Shown here piece by piece: positions 1-8,355 of a stretch of 64,000 bases of DNA. The notes beneath the pieces were generated by a model, which made no database searches, was not told the DNA's origin, and was given only the letters and a program-made list of their open reading frames with translations. The translations under genes were made by a program, and so were the position numbers. Positions within the stretch are counted from its first letter, which is position 1; each line of letters opens with the position of its first letter. This DNA comes from Candidatus Competibacteraceae bacterium (GTDB lineage Bacteria > Bacteroidota > Bacteroidia > CAIKAF01): assembly GCA_014879445.1 (NCBI GenBank), contig JACSSC010000028.1, positions 5,134-69,133 of the forward strand. The letters run 5' to 3'.

Positions 1-189
1 TCGTGTTTTGTTGTCATCAACAAACTTCAACACAGCCCGTTTCATATAGTTATGATTCTGTTTTTTCTTATTATACTGAACCGCTTTCCGACTTGGCAAA
101 ACAACCGATATTTCAGCCGCCACGTTTTTTGCCATTTGCCTGAACCATCCCTTTTTCCGATTCTTTTTTGATTCGGACAGATGTTTCAT
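1..189 (-). CDS. Partial CDS running off the left edge (N-terminus MKHLSESKKNRKKGWFRQMAK...), product unknown
   Basis: Hand translation: ATG at 189, 63 codons with no stop to position 1, divergent from the gene at 217. The Lys-rich N-terminus is loosely like Bacteroidota RNase R but cannot be identified from this fragment. Confidence 0.45.
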   Translation of the reverse strand, partial: MKHLSESKKNRKKGWFRQMAKNVAAEISVVLPSRKAVQYNKKKQNHNYMKRAVLKFVDDNKTR

Positions 190-216
190 TATTCATTATA
201 TTAAATTTATTATTAT

Positions 217-1092
217 ATGAAAAACATATATGTAATGTTTGTGCTATTGCTTATTGCTATGAGCACAAATGGCAATGCTCAGATATTTGACACTATCGTA
301 GGTTTTACTTTTCCTGATGGGTCTAATGATAATATGGTTGATATTTCGTCAGCATCCAATGCAAGCTGCATTTTGAAGACCGAAGCGCCCGGAAGATGGA
401 TGTCCTTCAATCCGCCCGGAGTAATAGGCGATCCTGACAAGTGTGCACAAACGGTTGATTGGAACAATGGTGCATGGTCGAAATATTGGTTGCTTGAATT
501 TTCAACTTTTGGTTATTTTAGTTTGCATTTATCATCATCTCAACGATCTTGCGGTAATCACTATGGCCCTAGAGATTTTATTGTTCAGTATAAATTATTT
601 AATGATACAGGATGGACGGATGTCCCCGGTGGTATAGTAACAAGCTCTACCGATTGGGCTGCAGGGTCGCTCACCAATTTGGCATTGCCTGCGATTTGTG
701 CTAATCAATCTCAGCCCGTTTCTTTACGCTGGATTAGCACGTCTGAATTTGATATTCACGGCAACGTACTTTTGAGCACAGGACGGTCGCGTATTGATAA
801 TATCTTTATTACCGGTCGGAGTGCTACCAGTTCAATTGATGAAGAAGAGGATAGTTTTGTGTCGGTATTTCCTAATCCTGCCCATGATAATTTTACGCTT
901 TATATGGGGCATGATCAAGTATTAAAGGATGCTTTTATGCAAATCTATTCCACAGACGGTCGTTTATGCATGCAACGCAATATCACGAATGGAAATAATA
1001 TGATTGATATTTCTGCATTAGCATCTGGTTTATATTTGGTGAAAACGCATCAAGGGGGTAAAGAATGGGCTACGCGTTTGATTAAATATTAA
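217..1092 (+). CDS. Secreted protein with T9SS type A C-terminal sorting domain
   Basis: Signal peptide; C-terminal VSVFPNPAHDNFTL...SGLYLVK...RLIKY matches the T9SS CTD pattern. Confidence 0.85.
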   Translation: MKNIYVMFVLLLIAMSTNGNAQIFDTIVGFTFPDGSNDNMVDISSASNASCILKTEAPGRWMSFNPPGVIGDPDKCAQTVDWNNGAWSKYWLLEFSTFGYFSLHLSSSQRSCGNHYGPRDFIVQYKLFNDTGWTDVPGGIVTSSTDWAAGSLTNLALPAICANQSQPVSLRWISTSEFDIHGNVLLSTGRSRIDNIFITGRSATSSIDEEEDSFVSVFPNPAHDNFTLYMGHDQVLKDAFMQIYSTDGRLCMQRNITNGNNMIDISALASGLYLVKTHQGGKEWATRLIKY

Positions 1093-1146
1093 TTTTGCGG
1101 TGTGCCTGTTGCACAAATTTCAGGCACACTTTTTATTTTTCTTATT

Positions 1147-1983
1147 ATGAGATTAAAATTTTTTTTCATTGTTTTTATACCCTTATTAATTCTGGTACTT
1201 GGATTTTCTTGGTTTAATGCTGGGGGTCGTGCCGGCTATACCGGCTCGCCTGGAGAAATTACTTGTGCCGGATGCCATGGGCAGTATCCTTTGAATAGCG
1301 GAATTGGCATGATGCAAATTGAAACCAATTTGCCTAATCATCAATATGCCCCCGGACATACTTATCAAATCAATGTAAAGATTAAACATGTTGGTAAATC
1401 ATTGTTTGGATTTGGTTTGGAATCATTAGATACATCAAATTCTTCAGTAGGGGCATTTGTCGTGACGGATCCTGTCAGAACACATGTGGTGAATGCATTA
1501 AACGGACGACCTAATATGACGCATAAAGCGAATGGAGGAGCATCAGTTGATTCGGCTCTGTTCAGTTTTGATTGGACCGCTCCATTATCTGATGTGGGTG
1601 ATGTTACTTTTTATTTTTCGGGAAATGCTGCCGATGGAAATGGAAGCACTAGCGGAGATTATATTTATGCTGGCTCATATTCGGTTTCATATTCTGAGAA
1701 TGCATCTAATCCAGTATTGCAACAGCCCATATCGAAGTTTACAGTTTATACAAATGCCAATCGCCAAATTACAGTAAATTATGGATTGAACCAATCCTCA
1801 AATGTTTCCATCGCATTGCTGACAACTCATGGGCAGTGGATGTATCATATGTCATCTGTTTTAAAGGAGGCCGGTAATCACATCCTGAGTATTCCTGAAA
1901 TTCCTCTTCAATCTGGCGTATATATTATGTACTTGATGGCTGATAGGCAAATCATATCAAAGAAATTTTTGTGGACAAACTGA
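1147..1983 (+). CDS. Reeler/choice-of-anchor-V-like domain protein with CxxCH motif and probable T9SS CTD
   Basis: TGSPGEITCAGCH, GFGLE, FDWTAP, GNAADGNGSTSGD motifs; C-terminus SGVYIMYL...SKKF. ATG 1147 preferred over the ORF-track GTG at 1102. Confidence 0.75.
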   Translation: MRLKFFFIVFIPLLILVLGFSWFNAGGRAGYTGSPGEITCAGCHGQYPLNSGIGMMQIETNLPNHQYAPGHTYQINVKIKHVGKSLFGFGLESLDTSNSSVGAFVVTDPVRTHVVNALNGRPNMTHKANGGASVDSALFSFDWTAPLSDVGDVTFYFSGNAADGNGSTSGDYIYAGSYSVSYSENASNPVLQQPISKFTVYTNANRQITVNYGLNQSSNVSIALLTTHGQWMYHMSSVLKEAGNHILSIPEIPLQSGVYIMYLMADRQIISKKFLWTN

Positions 1984-2084
1984 TGGTTTTACAATATGTT
2001 GTTCCAAGCGAACAATTCCCATTTTTTTATGTTATGAAGTAGAAATAGGGCATAAGCAGTATTGTGGCTTATTAATAATAGCCA

Positions 2085-2092
2085 TACATTTG
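2085..2092 (+). promoter_or_regulatory. Bacteroidota primary-sigma -7 box (TACATTTG)
   Basis: Exact TAnnTTTG match, with TTG about 20 nt upstream at 2062. Confidence 0.55.
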
Positions 2093-2129
2093 CATAAACC
2101 AATTTATTAGTCCATTAACACAACCATTC

Positions 2130-2158
2130 AAAGGAAAAGCTAAGCTTTTCCTTTTTTT
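2130..2158 (+). terminator. Intrinsic terminator
   Basis: AAAGGAAAAGC-TAA-GCTTTTCCTTT 11-bp stem followed by a T run. Confidence 0.8.
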
Positions 2159-2161
2159 ATT

Positions 2162-2169
2162 TAGATTTG
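2162..2169 (+). promoter_or_regulatory. -7 box (TAGATTTG), probable slyD promoter
   Basis: TAnnTTTG match just after the terminator and 78 nt before the slyD ATG. Confidence 0.55.
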
Positions 2170-2246
2170 CCAACAAATTCTGCTCTCGTTTTTTCTTTCC
2201 CAGAAACTTCAAGTGTCGAATAGGAAATTTTATCTAAATATATTTT

Positions 2247-2750
2247 ATGAAAACATCTGCAAATCATGTAGTAAGCATCTCTTACAAGCTAACGGAGCAG
2301 GGCTCGGATGAGACCGTTGAGTTGGTAACCGGCGAAGATCCATTTGTTTTTTTATTGGGCTCGGGTAATCTTTTGGAGGCATTTGAACGCAACCTGACAG
2401 GGCTTGAAGCGGGTCAAACATTTGACTTTATACTTACAAGTCAGGAGGCATACGGAGATCCTGATCAGGAGGCCATCGTAAAGATTCCAGTGGATGCATT
2501 TATGATTGATGGGAAATTTGCCGAAGACCTTGTAGTGGTTGGGCAGCCCATTCGAATGCAAGATCAAACCGGAAACCCATTGGTTGGTATGGTCATCGAA
2601 AGAGGATTAGAAGCCGTTACGATTGATTTCAATCATCCCATGGCAGGGAAGGCACTTCATTTCAGAGGAGAAGTGATTTCTATCCGGCAAGCCACTGAAG
2701 AAGAGCTTGAGCATGGTCATGTGCATGGCCCGGGTGGCCACCACCATTAA
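2247..2750 (+). CDS. slyD: SlyD-type FKBP peptidyl-prolyl isomerase
   Basis: FLLGSGNLL..FE..L.G, AYG, DFNHPMAGK.LHF; His-rich tail HGHVHGPGGHHH. Confidence 0.93.
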   Translation: MKTSANHVVSISYKLTEQGSDETVELVTGEDPFVFLLGSGNLLEAFERNLTGLEAGQTFDFILTSQEAYGDPDQEAIVKIPVDAFMIDGKFAEDLVVVGQPIRMQDQTGNPLVGMVIERGLEAVTIDFNHPMAGKALHFRGEVISIRQATEEELEHGHVHGPGGHHH

Positions 2751-2787
2751 TGATAGTCGAATATTTTTTTGAATAATTTGGAGGATT

Positions 2788-2830
2788 GCGATTGAATTTA
2801 TTGTTAAACAATAGAATTCAATCGCTCTTT
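2788..2830 (+). terminator. Long near-perfect palindrome after slyD, probable terminator
   Basis: GCGATTGAATT-TATTGTT-A-AACAATA-G-AATTCAATCGC (2788-2825) followed by TCTTT. Confidence 0.6.
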
Positions 2831-2855
2831 CATTTGCAATATTTGTTCAAAGTAT

Positions 2856-2863
2856 TATCTTTG
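2856..2863 (+). promoter_or_regulatory. -7 box (TATCTTTG) with -33 TTTG at 2833
   Basis: Consensus match with 19-nt spacing, 22 nt before ATG 2885. Confidence 0.6.
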
Positions 2864-2884
2864 GCTTAACTTTATGATAGTTCC

Positions 2885-3316
2885 ATGAAAAAATTTGTTT
2901 TGTTAAGTTTCGTTTCGTTGTCTTTCTTTTTGTCAAATGCACAGGATGAAGACAGAAGTTGTTATGCAATGTGGGCCAAAGCATTTGAAATCAGAGGATC
3001 GCACGAAATTAAAGATGGCTGGCACGATGGCGTTGTTTTGTCCATCCGTGTAGGAAGTCGTAATGACTGTTACACTTCTAAAGTTCAAGTTGAACAGGGC
3101 AAAGTAAAAGACATTTTTATTAAATTCGTGGATGGTCGTTATGAACCATATCTTCCCAAGTATAAATATGACCAAAAACATACCATTACCAACGGTATCT
3201 CAAAAACGGTGCAGACAGTTGATGATGAACTTATCAATATTATTTTTATCAACCATCTACTACCCAAAAAACAAGCATACGAAAAAGCGCCATTGCCTAC
3301 ATTCGATGATTTTTAA
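2885..3316 (+). CDS. Secreted hypothetical protein
   Basis: Sec signal peptide (..FLSNA/QD); has its own promoter; no family recognised. Confidence 0.75.
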   Translation: MKKFVLLSFVSLSFFLSNAQDEDRSCYAMWAKAFEIRGSHEIKDGWHDGVVLSIRVGSRNDCYTSKVQVEQGKVKDIFIKFVDGRYEPYLPKYKYDQKHTITNGISKTVQTVDDELINIIFINHLLPKKQAYEKAPLPTFDDF

Positions 3317-3325
3317 TTTCCATTC

Positions 3326-3454
3326 ATGAAAGGTTTTTGGTTTATTCTTCTATCCATTGGGCTTCTTATCCCAATCGTGGGTTGTAAGTCGAAGAGTAAT
3401 TGTAATTGCCCTACTTTTGGTATTGCCCAAAAAGCCAAATCTATACACATATAA
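3326..3454 (+). CDS. 42-aa predicted lipoprotein, not in the ORF track
   Basis: Hand translation MKGFWFILLSIGLLIPIVGCKSKSNCNCPTFGIAQKAKSIHI*; hydrophobic leader, lipobox IVG-C; ATG 9 nt after the upstream stop. Confidence 0.65.
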   Translation: MKGFWFILLSIGLLIPIVGCKSKSNCNCPTFGIAQKAKSIHI

Positions 3455-3513
3455 TGATTGGTCGGCCTGATTTTCATGCCTTAATTTTACTTTCAAATTC
3501 GTAGATTTATCAC

Positions 3514-5121
3514 ATGAATGCATGGTATCATCATTTACTACTTTCTTTATTGTCGGGATTGTTGCTGACTTTTTCCTGGCCTGCTGATGGATTTCCATTT
3601 CTGGCTTTTGTAGCTTTTATCCCATTATTGTATGTTGCATATAGCATTCGAAACTCATACACAAAAAGACGGAGGATGCGTTTTTTTAGCCATGCATATC
3701 TTACTTTCTTTGTTTGGAATCTTCTTATCACATATTGGATATTTTTCTCTTCTCCTGAAGGCGCATATGTGGCCATATTGTTTAACTCGCTTTTTATGGC
3801 TTTTGTTTGGCTTCTGTTTTTTTATACTCAGCAAGCACTCGGAAAAAGAATTGGCTATATCGGGCTTCTTGTTTATTGGATTGCATTCGAATACTTGCAT
3901 CTTGATTGGGATTTATCATGGCCTTGGCTTATGTTAGGTAATGTATTTGCCAATAGAGTTGAAATAATTCAATGGTATGAAATTACCGGGTCAATGGGTG
4001 GAACGCTTTGGGTACTTCTTGTCAATATCATGCTTTTTGAATGGATTATTTTATGGCGTGAAAAAAATCAAACAATTCGAGGAGCCATTCCACCTGTCGC
4101 CTTATTGGTGCTTCCTATAATGTATTCGCTGATTCGCTATTATACTTATAAGGAAGAAGAAAATCCTGTTACGGTTGTTTTGGTTCAGCCCAATATTGAC
4201 CCATGGGATAAGTTTGGAGGTATTCCTGCAACCAAACAATTTGATCATATTATTTCATTGGCATTGAGCCGAGCTGATAGTTTAACCGATTATATCATTA
4301 CTCCTGAAACATCTGTATTCTCAAATGGAGTATGGGATCATGAACTAATGCAAACGCCAGAATACAATAGAATAAAAGAAATAACAAATCATTGGCCACG
4401 TATTCATTTTATCATGGGCATATCACATTTGCAATTGTTTGAGCCCGGACCTTATGTGCCATTGACAGCTGAGAAATTTCGCAATAAAGATTTGTATTAT
4501 GACGATCATAATTCGGCCTTGCAAATAGATAATCATCAAGATTTTCAGATTTACCATAAATCAAAGTTAGTTCCCGGACCAGAGATGATGCCTTTCGCTG
4601 AAGTACTTAAACCAATTCAACACAAATTGTTTGGAAAGTTAGGAGGGCAGATTGGTGATATGGGCACACAAAAAGAACGAACGGTGTTTTTTAATACGGT
4701 TAAGAAAATTAATGTTGCGCCTGTCATTTGTTACGAATCGATTTATGGTGGGTTCATCACTCAATATATTCGCAACGGCGCGTCATTTATTTCGGTTAGT
4801 ACAAATGATGCTTGGTGGGGCGACTCTCCTGGTTACAGACAACTACTTGCCTATACTCGACTTCGTGCTATTGAAACAAGAAGAAGCATTGCACGTTCTG
4901 CTAATACCGGGATATCATGCTTTATCAATCAAAGAGGTGATGTTATTCAACCTTCAAAATTTTGGACGACTGATGTTATTAAAGGAACAGTTAACCTGAA
5001 TCACACACTTACGCTATATACACGACATGGAGATTTTGTTGGTCGTATCTCATTATTGGTTTCATTTCTTCTTTTATTTTATGCTTTTGTTCGATCGTAT
5101 CTGAATAAGAGAAATGCTTAA
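3514..5121 (+). CDS. lnt: Apolipoprotein N-acyltransferase
   Basis: N-terminal TM bundle, WPWLMLG, VQPNI; nitrilase-fold triad PETS (E), YHKSKLVP (K), ICYES (C); TNDAWW, RSANTGIS. Confidence 0.95.
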   Translation: MNAWYHHLLLSLLSGLLLTFSWPADGFPFLAFVAFIPLLYVAYSIRNSYTKRRRMRFFSHAYLTFFVWNLLITYWIFFSSPEGAYVAILFNSLFMAFVWLLFFYTQQALGKRIGYIGLLVYWIAFEYLHLDWDLSWPWLMLGNVFANRVEIIQWYEITGSMGGTLWVLLVNIMLFEWIILWREKNQTIRGAIPPVALLVLPIMYSLIRYYTYKEEENPVTVVLVQPNIDPWDKFGGIPATKQFDHIISLALSRADSLTDYIITPETSVFSNGVWDHELMQTPEYNRIKEITNHWPRIHFIMGISHLQLFEPGPYVPLTAEKFRNKDLYYDDHNSALQIDNHQDFQIYHKSKLVPGPEMMPFAEVLKPIQHKLFGKLGGQIGDMGTQKERTVFFNTVKKINVAPVICYESIYGGFITQYIRNGASFISVSTNDAWWGDSPGYRQLLAYTRLRAIETRRSIARSANTGISCFINQRGDVIQPSKFWTTDVIKGTVNLNHTLTLYTRHGDFVGRISLLVSFLLLFYAFVRSYLNKRNA

Positions 5122-5613
5122 CTGAATTTTCTGTTTCCATTTTTCTTTTTAATTTTTTTTCGCATATAGTATTGATATGAGGTGCTTTGTAATGCCTGTT
5201 TCTGTTACTGTTGACGTGTTTGCATTTACTGGCGTATGTGCTTTTTTTTCTTATCTCAATATAATCACTTCTTTTTTTATGAAAGTAAGTATGGTGATAT
5301 GAATTACAACTTTATAAACAAGTTGCTGACAATTTTTGTTTTTGCTCATTCTTTCTGCACATGCTGTAAATACAGAGCATACAGAAGAATGTTGTATTTG
5401 ATTAGTCGGTTTGAATTGCATATTTTTCAACCATCCATTGTTAATTACCTTGATTGTTTTTTGATGCAAAATCGTTTGTATTGCAAGTATATCAATAGAT
5501 ACAAGTATGTTTGATTAAGTGATTTCGTCATGGACACATTCAAAAAAAAAAATGACATTATTTTTTTGTAAAGAAATTAATATATACTTTCGAGTAAACA
5601 AAACATACATTTT

Positions 5614-6006
5614 ATGGCAAAAAAATCCGGCACTAAAACCAAAGCTTCAGCTGCAAAGAAACCAGCAGCAAAGAAGCCCGCTGCAAAGAAACCAGCAGCA
5701 AAGAAGCCCGTAAAAAAGGCAGCTAAAAAAGTAGCTAAAAAAGCAGCTCCTAAAAAAGCAGCTAAGAAAGTAGCTAAAAAAGCAGCTCCTAAAAAAGCAG
5801 CTAAGAAAGTAGCTAAAAAAGCAGCCCCTAAAAAAGCAGCTAAGAAAGTAGCTAAAAAAGCAGCTCCCAAAAAAGCAGCTAAGAAAGTAGCTAAAAAAGC
5901 AGCTCCTAAAAAAGCAGCTAAGAAAGCAGCTCCTAAGAAGAAAGTTGCCAAGAAGCCAGCTGCTCCATCTGGAGGTGCTGCAGTTTCAGCTTCTGCTAAG
6001 AAGTAA
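5614..6006 (+). CDS. Histone H1-like Lys/Ala/Pro-rich basic protein
   Basis: AAKKP and KKAAPKKAAKKVA repeats; TACTTTCG promoter-like box at 5585-5592; terminator directly after the stop. Confidence 0.85.
   Translation: MAKKSGTKTKASAAKKPAAKKPAAKKPAAKKPVKKAAKKVAKKAAPKKAAKKVAKKAAPKKAAKKVAKKAAPKKAAKKVAKKAAPKKAAKKVAKKAAPKKAAKKAAPKKKVAKKPAAPSGGAAVSASAKK
5653..5712 (+). repeat. Four 15-nt in-frame repeats (AKKPA), alternating as a 30-nt dimer
   Basis: gcaaagaaaccagca / gcaaagaagcccgct / gcaaagaaaccagca / gcaaagaagcccgta. Confidence 0.9.
5737..5931 (+). repeat. Five tandem 39-nt in-frame repeats (KKAAPKKAAKKVA x4 plus one KKAA variant)
   Basis: Unit aaaaaagcagctcctaaaaaagcagctaagaaagtagct at 5737, 5776, 5815, 5854, 5893, with only a few substitutions. 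Confidence 0.95.
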
Positions 6007-6025
6007 GCTGTCAGATTTAACTTTG

Positions 6026-6058
6026 AAAAACCTTTAGCATCGCTAAAGGTTTTTTTTT
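6026..6058 (+). terminator. Intrinsic terminator of the H1-like gene
   Basis: AAAAACCTTTAGC-ATC-GCTAAAGGTTTTT plus a further T run. Confidence 0.9.
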
Positions 6059-6129
6059 GTCTTTATATTTCTGTTATTATACACCTGGTTAATTTTATGT
6101 AACTTTATCCAACCTAAGAATCTATTTTT

Positions 6130-6381
6130 ATGAATGCGGATGTTTTTCTCTCTTTGATTCAAGACCAGTTTCCTTCAGATGTCAGGGATGATATTGGATT
6201 TACAACATCTTTGCGTTCCATTAAAGGATGGTCATCATTACAAGCTTTGGTTATTACTGTTGCCATTGATGAAACATTTAATGTCTTGATTTCAGATGCA
6301 GATTTACGCCAAGTAAATACCGTTAGTGATTTATATCATTTACTTCTGTCCAAAAAACAGAATCATTCGGATTTGTCATGA
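6130..6381 (+). CDS. Acyl carrier protein (pathway-specific type)
   Basis: 83 aa, acidic; GWSSLQAL phosphopantetheine-Ser motif; TV.DLY C-terminus; overlaps the KAS III gene (ATGA). Confidence 0.8.
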   Translation: MNADVFLSLIQDQFPSDVRDDIGFTTSLRSIKGWSSLQALVITVAIDETFNVLISDADLRQVNTVSDLYHLLLSKKQNHSDLS

Positions 6382-7442
6382 AGCCATTTTCTTTTAAGCA
6401 TATTAGTATGGCAGGCCTTGTTTCGGTTGTGCCAGATAACATTGTTAGTAATGATAATTTACCACATTTGTCTCAGGATGAAATTGCGCATCTCATCAAT
6501 ACAACCGGCATTAAAAACAGACGAATTGCTCCACCTCATATTACTGCATCCGATTTGGGAGTATGTGCTGCAAAAGAGTTAATGCAAAGATTGCATTGGC
6601 ATCCTGAAGAGGTGGATTTGCTGGTTTTGGTTACTCAAACCCCTGATTATTTATTGCCAGCCAATAGTATTCTTATCCAATCCAGATTGCAGCTTTCTTC
6701 TTCTGTTTTTTGCCTTGATATCAATCAAGGATGTGCAGGTTATGTGTATGGGCTTTCAGTTGTAAGTGCATTGGTTAGTTCAGGTCGTTTCCGTAAGGCA
6801 TTACTCATAGCTGCTGATACTATCACCCATACTATAGGGAGCCATGATTACTCTTTAATTCCCATATTCTCAGATGCTGCATCGGCTACAGCTATTCAAT
6901 ATGATGCACATGCCAATATTGATGCATGGTTTTGCGTACAGTCAGATGCTTCTAAGTATGATGCGATATATATTCCTGATGGTGCATTTCGGAATCCCAC
7001 AAATTCTAAATCTTTTGAAGAGATATGTTTAGATTCGCACTCAACTCGAAATCGATTAAATTTGCATATGAATGGCCAAGACGTTTTTCATTTTGGGCTA
7101 AAAAATGTTGCACATCAAGTTGAAAATTTGCTGAAAGAAACTTCGGTTGATCCTAACACGATTGATTATTGGGTTTTTCATCAGGCTAATAAGCTGTTAA
7201 ATGATAGAATATCTGCCAAACTTGCGTTACCTCAAAATAAAGTATTGTATTCGCTTTATGATTATGGAAATACAAGTTGTGCAACCATACCATTAACAAT
7301 TTGTCATCATTACGAAAAATTCGAACATGTTTCCAATCGCATTGTTCTAAGCGGTTTCGGTGTCGGTTTGTCATGGGCAACGGCCTGTTTGCATTTACAA
7401 CCTTTGATTTGTTCTCCTATTATAGAATATTATGAATGTTAA
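6378..7442 (+). CDS. 3-oxoacyl-ACP synthase III (FabH-like) family protein
   Basis: TTGI..RR, QTPDY, DINQGCAGY (Cys), FHQAN (His), YGNTS (Asn), GFGVGLSW. Confidence 0.9.
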   Translation: MKPFSFKHISMAGLVSVVPDNIVSNDNLPHLSQDEIAHLINTTGIKNRRIAPPHITASDLGVCAAKELMQRLHWHPEEVDLLVLVTQTPDYLLPANSILIQSRLQLSSSVFCLDINQGCAGYVYGLSVVSALVSSGRFRKALLIAADTITHTIGSHDYSLIPIFSDAASATAIQYDAHANIDAWFCVQSDASKYDAIYIPDGAFRNPTNSKSFEEICLDSHSTRNRLNLHMNGQDVFHFGLKNVAHQVENLLKETSVDPNTIDYWVFHQANKLLNDRISAKLALPQNKVLYSLYDYGNTSCATIPLTICHHYEKFEHVSNRIVLSGFGVGLSWATACLHLQPLICSPIIEYYEC

Positions 7443-8355
7443 TTCAACAAATTTATCGGTAGTGATTCCGGTTTATAATTCATTTCAGACCCTTGAAATG
7501 ATGTATAATCAGATTGATGCACTTTGTCGAAAACATCAATGGAATTATGAAATAATCTTTGTTGACGATTATAGCAATAAAGAAACATTAAATGTGTTGC
7601 AAAATCTTAATTTTTCCCATCCTGATAATATTCGGGTGATTCGCTTTGCCAAAAATTTTGGTCAAAACAGCGCTACTCTTTGCGGAATTGCTCATGCAAA
7701 AGGTGATTATATTGTAACTATTGATGATGATTTAGATTATCCGGTAGAACAAATTTATTTTTTGTATCAAAAGATTTTAGAGTCCAAATCTGACTTGGTT
7801 TATGGTGTTATTCCATCAAGAAATATCATTAAAAAATTGGGAAAATCTATTGTTGGGTTTTTTCTTTCAAAGATTGACGGTCAGTTTAGTTCAATAGGTT
7901 CATCTTTTCGATTGATGACCAAAGATTTGGCAGATAAGATTGCAATCCATAGTCGAGATCATGTATTTGTTAATCAGGTAGCGGCATGGTACACTCACGA
8001 TGTGTCATCAATAACGATACAAAGAAATGTAGCTGGTGTTACACGATCAGGTTATAGTTTATTCCGATTGTGTAAAATTGGCATGCGATTAATTGTTTTT
8101 TACTCCTCAGTCCCTCTTAAGATAACCATGTTTCTTTCATTCTTAATTTCACTAATTAGTTTTTTCATTGGTGCATATTATCTTTATATCAAATTGAGAG
8201 TAGGCGCTCCTTTGGGATATACATCAACCATAGTTTCTATTCTTTTTGGAACAGGTGTAACATTATTTGGCGTAGGAGTGATGGCGGCATATATTAACCG
8301 GATTTACGATATGAGAATAAAAAAGCCCACCTATTCGATCAAGAATGATGTATGA
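7432..8355 (+). CDS. GT2 glycosyltransferase, ArnC/GtrB-like polyprenol-phosphate glycosyltransferase
   Basis: SVVIPVYN, IFVDD, KNFGQ..A..CG, TIDDDL; two C-terminal TM helices. Confidence 0.85.
   Translation: MNVNSTNLSVVIPVYNSFQTLEMMYNQIDALCRKHQWNYEIIFVDDYSNKETLNVLQNLNFSHPDNIRVIRFAKNFGQNSATLCGIAHAKGDYIVTIDDDLDYPVEQIYFLYQKILESKSDLVYGVIPSRNIIKKLGKSIVGFFLSKIDGQFSSIGSSFRLMTKDLADKIAIHSRDHVFVNQVAAWYTHDVSSITIQRNVAGVTRSGYSLFRLCKIGMRLIVFYSSVPLKITMFLSFLISLISFFIGAYYLYIKLRVGAPLGYTSTIVSILFGTGVTLFGVGVMAAYINRIYDMRIKKPTYSIKNDV

Noticed and set aside
5236-5514. Overlapping 92-aa (+) and 72-aa (-) ORFs in the lnt-H1 gap
   Set aside because: Low-complexity AT-rich translations with no motif or clear start context
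5653-5931. Tandem repeats as a possible CRISPR array
   Set aside because: Units are contiguous with no unique spacers, in frame within a CDS, and there are no cas genes
5577-5951. 124-aa FLAAFLGAA repeat ORF on minus
   Set aside because: Antisense shadow of the H1-like repeat gene; the plus-strand gene has the promoter-like box and terminator
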